This document shows positions 56,809-64,000 of a stretch of 64,000 bases of DNA, piece after piece. The DNA is taken from positions 1,504,001 through 1,568,000 of the forward strand of contig CAVTJJ010000004.1 in NCBI GenBank assembly GCA_963735035.1, given 5' to 3'. Under the pieces are notes generated by a model, which was not told the DNA's origin, made no database searches, and saw only the letters and a program-made list of their open reading frames with translations. This DNA is from an uncultured candidate division Zixibacteria bacterium (lineage in GTDB: Bacteria > Zixibacteria > MSB-5A5 > GN15 > FEB-12). Every line of letters starts with the position of its first letter. Position 1 is the stretch's first letter. The translations under genes were made by a program, and so were the position numbers.

Positions 56809-59414
56809 GTCACCCGCCGGATGCTCAGGACGGCTTCTCGCCGTTGATGCGACAATACCACGCTATCAAAGAGCAACATCCCGACAAGATCCTGTTCTTC
56901 CGCATGGGGGATTTCTATGAGATGTTCGGCGATGATGCTGTCATGGCGGCGCCGATTCTCGGTATCGCCCTGACTTCGCGTTCCCACGGGAAGGGGGAAC
57001 GCACCCCTCTCGCCGGTGTGCCGTATCACGCGGCTGACCGGTATCTCGCCCGATTGCTGGCCAAAGGACACAAGGTTGTGGTGGTCGAGCAGGTGGAAGA
57101 TCCCAAGATGGCGCGCGGGATTGTGAAGCGGGAAGTGGTCGAGGTTCTTACGCCCGGCACGGCTACGATAGATTCCCCCGACGCCGTCGCTTACGAGACC
57201 AGTCTGGCCGCGGTTTGTGCCGACTCCAGTCGTCAGGTTGGTATGGCGCTGCTCGACATGAACACCGGATCGTTCCTGGTCGACGAAGGCCCCGTCACAC
57301 CGCTGCTCGAAAAGCTTCGCGTTATGGAACCGACCGAAGTCATCTATCCTACCGGTTCACCCGAAGCATTGATCGATTTATTGCACGGGTTCGCACGGAG
57401 TGAGCGGCGATTGTCGGAATACGAAGAATGGAATTTCGATTACAAGACTGCCTGCCGCGAATTGAATGCTCATTTTGGGACCAGCACACTCGACGGTTTC
57501 GGTGTCGGGGAGAGCCGTCTGGCAGTGATTGCGGCTGGAGCGGTGTTCCGCTACCTACGGGAGAATCACCGCGACCGTCTGTCGCACATTACCCGCCTAA
57601 CCCGGATCGCCGACTCGGATCACATGCTTCTGGATTACGCGTCAGTGCGCAATCTGGAACTGGTGCGGAGTGTCGCCGGCGCATCCGAAGAGAATACGCT
57701 GTTCTCAGTCGTCAACCGCTGTCAAACGGCCGCCGGCACACGCCGTCTTCGCGCCGCCCTGATACGACCTTTCAAAGACAAGGCCCGGATCGATCTTCGC
57801 CTTAGCGGTGTCGATGAACTCGTCCGCAACCGCGATCTTTGCGCCCGAATCCGCGAGACGCTCAAAGCGGCGCCGGATCTCGAGAAACTGGCCGGGCGGG
57901 TTGGCATAGGCAAGCTCCAGCCCAGACAGGCCGCCTCACTGGGGCAGGCGCTGCAAGTGGCGCGGGAACTTTGCAAAATGCTGGAAGGTGCTAAGAGTGA
58001 TCTGCTTGCGCGCCTGAAGAACGTCTTCCCGGACAATTCCGTGCTGATCGATCTGCTCGATCGGGCCCTGGTCGAAGAACCTCCGTTAGTAACGAACAAG
58101 GGTGGCATATTCAAGCGTGGTCACTCCTCGCGCCTCGACGAATTGAACGATTCGATTCGCGCTGCACGCGAATATATCGGCTCTCTGCAGCAGGCCGAGC
58201 GAAGCCGCACCGGAATCACTAGTCTGAAAGTCGGATTCAACAAGGTCTTTGGCTATTACCTCGAGATAACCAACGCCAATCGGGAACAGGTGCCTCAGCA
58301 TTACATCCGCAAGCAAACGCTTGTCAATGCCGAGCGATACATCACCCCGGAACTGAAAGAGAAAGAAGAACTGATCCTCGCCGCCGAAGAGAAGATATTC
58401 AAGCTCGAAGCTGAATTGTTCGAGGAATTAATCGCTCGCTTGAATCAAAATATCGGTGACTTGCAGTCGACCGCCGATTTGACCGCCGAAGTAGACCTGA
58501 CCGCGTCATTGGCCGAGCTTGCGGCCGCCCAGGGTTTCTGTCGTCCGACGATATTCGAAGACACTCGACTGAACATAGTTAATGGCCGTCATCCGGTGGT
58601 GGAGTCGGTGCTGCCGTCCGGTTCGTTTGTAGCCAACGACCTCAGCCTCTCGACTGAAGGCTGTCAGATCATCGTCCTGACCGGTCCCAACATGTCGGGC
58701 AAATCAACCTATCTTCGGCAAATGGGGTTGATTGTAATTCTCGCCCAGATCGGTTCCTATGTTCCAGCCGATTCGGCCGAGATCGGATTGGTCGACCGCG
58801 TGTTTACGCGCGTCGGTGCGCTCGATAACCTGGCAGGCGGTCAGTCCACCTTCCTGGTCGAAATGGTAGAGACAGCCAACATTCTGAACAATGCCACTGA
58901 ACGGTCGCTGGTGCTCCTGGACGAAGTTGGTCGGGGAACGTCTACATTCGACGGCCTCTCGGTCGCCTGGTCAGTCGTCGAGCGACTCAACGATGAATGC
59001 CACTGCCGCACCGTGTTCGCCACTCATTATCATGAACTCACTGGGATGGCCTCTCTGTACGAGCGGGTACACAATTTTCAGGTGGCGGTCAAGCGCCGCG
59101 AAGATACGGTCGTATTTCTGCATAAGATCGTTCCCGGTGGCTGCGATGATTCCTACGGCATTGAAGTGGCCCGTCTTGCCGGTCTGCCGCGTGCGACAAT
59201 CAGCCGCGCCAAACAGATTCTGAGATTGCTCGAATCGGGCAAGTTCACCCAGAGCGAGTTGGGCAAAGGGCTCTACAAAGAAAAAGTACAGACGACTTTG
59301 TTCGAGGCACCTACGTCGAAAATCGAAGAACAAATTCGGCAAATTGATCTGGAACACCTGAGTCCGCTCGACGCCTTTGAACTGCTGCGCCGACTGAAGG
59401 ATGAACTATCGTGA
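56805..59414 (+). CDS. mutS: DNA mismatch repair protein MutS
   Basis: FRMGDFYEMF, GPNMSGKST, DEVGRGT and SYGIEVA motifs. Confidence 0.98.
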   Translation: MSHPPDAQDGFSPLMRQYHAIKEQHPDKILFFRMGDFYEMFGDDAVMAAPILGIALTSRSHGKGERTPLAGVPYHAADRYLARLLAKGHKVVVVEQVEDPKMARGIVKREVVEVLTPGTATIDSPDAVAYETSLAAVCADSSRQVGMALLDMNTGSFLVDEGPVTPLLEKLRVMEPTEVIYPTGSPEALIDLLHGFARSERRLSEYEEWNFDYKTACRELNAHFGTSTLDGFGVGESRLAVIAAGAVFRYLRENHRDRLSHITRLTRIADSDHMLLDYASVRNLELVRSVAGASEENTLFSVVNRCQTAAGTRRLRAALIRPFKDKARIDLRLSGVDELVRNRDLCARIRETLKAAPDLEKLAGRVGIGKLQPRQAASLGQALQVARELCKMLEGAKSDLLARLKNVFPDNSVLIDLLDRALVEEPPLVTNKGGIFKRGHSSRLDELNDSIRAAREYIGSLQQAERSRTGITSLKVGFNKVFGYYLEITNANREQVPQHYIRKQTLVNAERYITPELKEKEELILAAEEKIFKLEAELFEELIARLNQNIGDLQSTADLTAEVDLTASLAELAAAQGFCRPTIFEDTRLNIVNGRHPVVESVLPSGSFVANDLSLSTEGCQIIVLTGPNMSGKSTYLRQMGLIVILAQIGSYVPADSAEIGLVDRVFTRVGALDNLAGGQSTFLVEMVETANILNNATERSLVLLDEVGRGTSTFDGLSVAWSVVERLNDECHCRTVFATHYHELTGMASLYERVHNFQVAVKRREDTVVFLHKIVPGGCDDSYGIEVARLAGLPRATISRAKQILRLLESGKFTQSELGKGLYKEKVQTTLFEAPTSKIEEQIRQIDLEHLSPLDAFELLRRLKDELS

Positions 59415-61249
59415 GCCCGACCCGCGATAACCGTCCCTGGATTCGCCCCCTCCCGGAGCGGCTGATCAACAAGATCGCTGCCGGTGAAGTAGTCGAGCGG
59501 CCGGCTTCGGTAGTCAAAGAACTGGTTGAGAATGCTCTCGACGCCGGTTCCACCCGGATCGAAATCATCATAGAAAAATCTGGCACCCGTCTGATTAAGA
59601 TTGTCGATAACGGCTGCGGTATCGACGAGGAACAGGTCGAGATCGCTTTCTCGCGTCATGCGACTTCGAAAATATCCGAGTTCAATGATCTCGACCGAAT
59701 CGAGTCGTACGGTTTTCGCGGCGAGGCTTTGCCGTCGATAGCCTCAGTTTCACGCATGCGCATGGTGTCGCGACCGCGCGAAAAGGACTCGGGAACCGAG
59801 ATCATTTTCGAAGGCGGCGTGCTTCAAAGCAAGAAGCCGTCGGCCACCCAGGTCGGGACCGTGGTCGAAGTCGAGAATCTATTCTTCAACACCCCGGCTC
59901 GTCGCAAATTTCTTAAAGCAGAAACGACCGAGGCACGCCATGTCACCCGTATCGCGATGGCGCTCGCTATGGGACGCTATCAGGTCGGTTTCACCTATAA
60001 CCTGAATGGAAGGCAGATATTCGCGCTCCCGTCGGGACTCGGTCTGAAAGAACGGGTACCCGCGCTTCTGGCGCCGGGGAAGGAATTCGTTGAAATCAGC
60101 GGCGAAGTTGGCCCGGTCAAAATCATCGGCTATGTCGGCGCCCCCGGACTCGCTCAGTCCAACAGAAACGGTCAGTTTATATTCATCAACGGGCGATACA
60201 TCCAGTCCCCGTCACTCGCCCACGCCTTTGCTGCAGGATATGGGGAACTGCTTCCCAAGGGCAATTTCCCGATTGGGGCTTTGTTACTTGAAGTTGATCC
60301 GACCGAAGTTGACGTTAACGTTCACCCGGCCAAGACGGAAGTGCGCCTGTCCCGCGAACGCGAAGTCTATGACGCGGTTTACCGTCTGGTGAAAGGGGCG
60401 CTTCGCCAGGAAGGCGTGATTCCGCATCTGCAGGTTCCCGATGAACATCAAACGCGACCATCGCAATCAAATTGGGCGGTGCCTCCTGAACTACAAAGCC
60501 GTGGTACAATTCCCGGTATTACATCGGGCGATTCAGGGCGAACGCATTTCCTTGGCGAACTCTATCGCACGACTCCGCCCGTTTCGACGCCGGTGACGTC
60601 ATCTGTAGTGCGCGTCGACGTTTCCACTGGAGAAATCGTTTCTGAGGAGGCATCAGTCCCAGAAACTTCACGCGAGGCCACTGATATCCGTTTCATTGGA
60701 CGATTCGACGACCTGTATCTGCTTTTTCAGGTAGGACACGAACTGTACATCCTTGATCAGCACACTGCCCATGAACGGGTTTTGTTTGAAGAAACAATGC
60801 GCCTCATGGATGCTCAAGGTTCGGTCGGACAGCAGTTGTTGCTTCCGGTCCAAATTGAACTGGGTGCCGAGCAGATGGGTTTGTTCGATGAAGCTCACGA
60901 GGTTCTGGCGAAAGCTGGATTTACGGTCGAGCTTTTTGGTGGCAATACGGTTCGCATCGAAGCGGTCCCCGCGATTCTGTCGCGGCGATCACCAGAGAAA
61001 GCCTTTCGGGCCGTAATGGACGATATCGCCTCGCTGAAGAAATCGGGCTACGATCTTAAGAAGGCCGTGGCTCAGTCGGTGGCGTGTCGCTCTGCCGTCA
61101 TGTCCGGCGACCGATTAACCGATCGGGAAGTTGTTGGTTTGGTGGAGCGGCTACTCAAGTGCGAAAACCGGTATTCCTGTCCGCATGGGCGGCCGACTTT
61201 CATCAGGCTGTCCCGCGAATACCTCGACAAGCAGTTTGGCCGTGGCTGA
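59411..61249 (+). CDS. mutL: DNA mismatch repair endonuclease MutL
   Basis: IAAGEVVERPASVVKEL, GFRGEAL, DQHTAHER, ACR and CPHGRP motifs. Confidence 0.98.
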   Translation: MSPTRDNRPWIRPLPERLINKIAAGEVVERPASVVKELVENALDAGSTRIEIIIEKSGTRLIKIVDNGCGIDEEQVEIAFSRHATSKISEFNDLDRIESYGFRGEALPSIASVSRMRMVSRPREKDSGTEIIFEGGVLQSKKPSATQVGTVVEVENLFFNTPARRKFLKAETTEARHVTRIAMALAMGRYQVGFTYNLNGRQIFALPSGLGLKERVPALLAPGKEFVEISGEVGPVKIIGYVGAPGLAQSNRNGQFIFINGRYIQSPSLAHAFAAGYGELLPKGNFPIGALLLEVDPTEVDVNVHPAKTEVRLSREREVYDAVYRLVKGALRQEGVIPHLQVPDEHQTRPSQSNWAVPPELQSRGTIPGITSGDSGRTHFLGELYRTTPPVSTPVTSSVVRVDVSTGEIVSEEASVPETSREATDIRFIGRFDDLYLLFQVGHELYILDQHTAHERVLFEETMRLMDAQGSVGQQLLLPVQIELGAEQMGLFDEAHEVLAKAGFTVELFGGNTVRIEAVPAILSRRSPEKAFRAVMDDIASLKKSGYDLKKAVAQSVACRSAVMSGDRLTDREVVGLVERLLKCENRYSCPHGRPTFIRLSREYLDKQFGRG

Positions 61250-62183
61250 TACGCTGTGCATCCCCGTTATTTGCGGACCGACCGGCTCCGGTAAGACCGC
61301 AGCCGCGCTGGCGCTGGCGAGGACATTCCCGATTGAAATAGTCTCGGCCGACTCGCGCCAGATCATCAAGTATCTAAATATCGGGACGGCCAAGCCGACC
61401 GCGGAAGAACAGGCACAGGTTCGTTTTCATCTGATTGATTTGATCGAGCCGGGGGAGAGGTACTCGGCCTTTCGCTTTCTCGAAGACGCTGATCGCACAA
61501 TCACTCAGATAATCAAATCCGGTCACCTCCCCCTGATTGTTGGGGGTACCGGATTGTATCTGAAGGCACTGACTGAAGGGGTCGTCGAGATCGAGCGAGA
61601 CGCTTCGGAAATCCGTGAAGAATTGGAAAGACAACTGATCGAGCTTGGGCCGGAAGAAATGTATCGGCGGATGAGCGAGATCGATCCGGAAGAAGCGGCT
61701 CGTACTCATCCGCACAACCGGGTGCGGGTCATTCGAGCGCTGGAGATATTCCGTCTGACCGGTCAGCCCAAATCGAAACTTCTCGCTTCCGGGGCGTACA
61801 AGAAGAGTGAGTACGATTACGCGTTCTATTGTCTTATGCCGGATCGGGAAGCTCTCTATGAAGCGATCAACGGTCGGGTAGGTCGAATGTTGGAGCAGGG
61901 TCTTCTGGAAGAAATCGACGGTCTTCTCGCTCGCGGTCTTGGCGCTGCTTTGCGCCGGGCCAACGTGATCGGGTACGAGGAATTTCTCGATTACCGTGAA
62001 GGCAAATGTACTCTCGAAGAAGCAGTTGACATGCTGAAGCAGAATAGCCGTCGCTACGCCAAACGCCAGATGACCTGGTTTCGTCATCAGATTGACGGGC
62101 AGGTCTACTTCAATTTGGAGCTTCTGGTCGCCGCCCTGGAGAAAGACCTCTCTGAAGGTCAAAAAAAGGGGGTTAGGACTTGA
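61242..62183 (+). CDS. miaA: tRNA dimethylallyltransferase
   Basis: GPTGSGKT, SADSRQ, GGTGLY and YAKRQMTWF motifs; GTG start overlapping the mutL end. Confidence 0.97.
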   Translation: MADTLCIPVICGPTGSGKTAAALALARTFPIEIVSADSRQIIKYLNIGTAKPTAEEQAQVRFHLIDLIEPGERYSAFRFLEDADRTITQIIKSGHLPLIVGGTGLYLKALTEGVVEIERDASEIREELERQLIELGPEEMYRRMSEIDPEEAARTHPHNRVRVIRALEIFRLTGQPKSKLLASGAYKKSEYDYAFYCLMPDREALYEAINGRVGRMLEQGLLEEIDGLLARGLGAALRRANVIGYEEFLDYREGKCTLEEAVDMLKQNSRRYAKRQMTWFRHQIDGQVYFNLELLVAALEKDLSEGQKKGVRT

Positions 62184-62208
62184 CAGTAGGATTTGCTGTT
62201 TGTTATAT
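62180..62208 (+). promoter_or_regulatory. sigma70 promoter for the mltD-like gene
   Basis: TTGACA-N17-TTATAT. Confidence 0.55.
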
Positions 62209-62304
62209 GCCAAGCACTTAGCCGGTTTGCCCCTAAAGCGGACGGCCGGACGGACGATATTAAGGAAGAAGAGCCCCCGGAAACATTTGTCCGGAAAGGA
62301 ACGG

Positions 62305-64000
62305 ATGCCGTTGTTTACTCGTTTTTTGTCTCCTCGTTTTTGCCTGGTAGGGATCTCATTACTGGCGCTTACAGTCGTCTCTTGCGGCGGCTCCAAGACG
62401 CTCCGGGCCCCCGAGTTGGAGTGGTCGGTCGCTTCCGACGATCAGACCTCTTCTGACACCCTGGCTGCCCCTGACACGGACGATACGGTTCGGGTGACGG
62501 AGCAGCCCCTGGTTGACAGCCTCGTGCCGGTCATATTAGACAGCGCCAGAACTCCCCGGGGCGAGTCACCCGACGTGCTATCTCCCAGAATGGCCGGACC
62601 CGGCGAGGACGAGAGTACTCTCGGCCGCTTTAGCTGGCTCTTCGGTACTACAGACCAAAGTCAATCTTCGCAGCCGATATTCTACGCCGGAGTGGACAAT
62701 GAAGACTCCGCGTCGGCTGTTGACGACGCCGCCTGGCGTATGCTCGGTTTGGCCGAGGAGTATCACTCGATGGGTGTATTGGCCAATCGTGAGGCCAACT
62801 GGGAAGAGGCCCAATACTATTTCGAGAAATCGATCAAGATCATGGCCGGCTTGGATATTGAGTCCGATACGGTGTTAACTCCCGAAGCCGCCAAGTACAA
62901 TACCCTGCTCGACAATATCATCTCAGACTATCGTTTGACTCTTCGCTCGCTGGGTCAGCTCGAAGGCGATGAGACCCCGTCGGTGCTGGTGGAACGATTT
63001 GCCGACCTGGAAGACCGTCTTCAGAAAGACACTCTGTTTGTCTCCGGCAAACAGGAGATGAACATTACGTACGATCTTCCGATCAAAATGAACGACCGGG
63101 TCAAGAGCTCGATCGTCTACTTCCAGACCGTGGCCCGCGACGCTTTCTACCGCTACCTCGGGCGGAAACACAAATACGAATCGCTTTTCAGAGAGACCCT
63201 GGCCCGACATGGCCTGCCGCAGGATTTGATATACCTTTGTCTTGTGGAATCCGGGTTCAACCCGAAGGCGTATTCCTGGGCGCGTGCCTCGGGTCTCTGG
63301 CAGTTTATTGCGTCCACCGGACGGCTCTACGGTCTCGACCGCGATTGGTGGATTGACGAGCGTCGTGACCCGATCAAGGCCACCGATGCCGCCGCTCGTT
63401 TTCTAAAGGACTTGTATAAGCAGTTCGGCGATTGGGAACTGGCTATGGCGGCCTACAACGGTGGACCCGGAAGAGTGAAGGGCACCATCAAGAAGCAGGG
63501 GACAGACGATTTCTGGAAGATGCGTCTGCGCCGTCAGACGATGGACTACGTTCCGTTGATCTATGCGGCGGCCATCATTGCCAAGGACCCTGAACGCTAC
63601 GGCTTCACAGAAGTTGTTTACGAGCCGGAGATGAAATGGGATGAAGTCACGATCGATCATTGTGTCAGCCTGAAGGATGCGGCTGCGGCCGTGGGATGCT
63701 CGGTCGATGAGCTCAAAGAATACAATCCGGAACTACTCCGCGACTATACCCCTCCGGGAGATAAAGGGTATCGCCTGAAACTGCCGCACGGCAGCAAAGA
63801 GTCATTTGCGGCGGCCTATGAATCAATGCCGACACCGCAAGAGACAAGTTGGGTGACCCATACTATTCGCAAGGGCGAGACTATCGGTACGATCGCTTCA
63901 AAGTATGGCGTATCGCAGTACGCTATTTTGGAATCAAACCACCTGAGTTCCAGAGCGACAATCATCGCCGGGAAAACCCTGATTGTTCCGGTACCCCTTG
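62305..64000 (+). CDS. mltD: MltD-like LysM lytic transglycosylase lipoprotein (runs off the window end; absent from the ORF track)
   Basis: ATG 62305 after AAGGA; lipobox VVSC; LVESGFNP, GLWQF and AAYNGG SLT motifs; LysM HTIRKGETIGTIASKYGVS. Confidence 0.9.
   Translation, partial: MPLFTRFLSPRFCLVGISLLALTVVSCGGSKTLRAPELEWSVASDDQTSSDTLAAPDTDDTVRVTEQPLVDSLVPVILDSARTPRGESPDVLSPRMAGPGEDESTLGRFSWLFGTTDQSQSSQPIFYAGVDNEDSASAVDDAAWRMLGLAEEYHSMGVLANREANWEEAQYYFEKSIKIMAGLDIESDTVLTPEAAKYNTLLDNIISDYRLTLRSLGQLEGDETPSVLVERFADLEDRLQKDTLFVSGKQEMNITYDLPIKMNDRVKSSIVYFQTVARDAFYRYLGRKHKYESLFRETLARHGLPQDLIYLCLVESGFNPKAYSWARASGLWQFIASTGRLYGLDRDWWIDERRDPIKATDAAARFLKDLYKQFGDWELAMAAYNGGPGRVKGTIKKQGTDDFWKMRLRRQTMDYVPLIYAAAIIAKDPERYGFTEVVYEPEMKWDEVTIDHCVSLKDAAAAVGCSVDELKEYNPELLRDYTPPGDKGYRLKLPHGSKESFAAAYESMPTPQETSWVTHTIRKGETIGTIASKYGVSQYAILESNHLSSRATIIAGKTLIVPVPL

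Noticed and set aside
62184..62456. hfq after miaA, or the 87-aa ORF 62193-62456
   Set aside because: No Sm-fold motif; the region is the promoter and start of the mltD-like gene in another frame
1..64000. CRISPR arrays, rRNA, prophage, defence systems
   Set aside because: No regularly spaced repeats or diagnostic genes seen by eye

Overview
GC-rich bacterial chromosome segment with almost all genes on the + strand. Two T9SS-like C-terminal sorting-domain proteins, cohesin-like repeats and a PorV-like barrel suggest an FCB-group organism, possibly Zixibacteria-like; this is inference only. (1) 0.2-28.5 kb is a flagellar cluster: flgB-flgC-orf-fliEFGHIJ; an opposite-strand secreted protein; a small Cys-rich ORF; flgFGAHIJ; flgN-flgK-csrA-flgL-fliW; a TPR glycosyltransferase; fliC-fliD-fliS-fliT-like-flgM-HDOD. 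It has recognisable sigma54 and sigma28 promoters and CsrA-type GGA hairpins. (2) 28.7-39.7 kb is housekeeping: tRNA-Val(GAC), thrS, infC (ATA start), rpmI, rplT, pheST, zapB-like, zapA, rny, ymdB-like, folD. (3) 39.7-53.4 kb is the best candidate for an undescribed system. A sigma54-type promoter precedes a large secreted Ig-like protein, a beta-barrel-TPR fusion, a membrane protein carrying both an RsbW-type kinase and an RsbU-type phosphatase, a STAS protein with an HTH-like extension behind an A10 run, a diguanylate cyclase, Wza, a TPR protein, a BY-kinase and a polysaccharide deacetylase. (4) 53.5-64 kb holds lapA/lapB-like genes, a SPOR protein, mutS, mutL, miaA and an mltD-like gene that runs off the end. 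Four apparent single-base insertions (fliF, the cohesin-like protein, flgF, thrS) look like sequencing errors. I saw no CRISPR array, rRNA or mobile element. All product calls come from motif recognition by eye; no searches were run.
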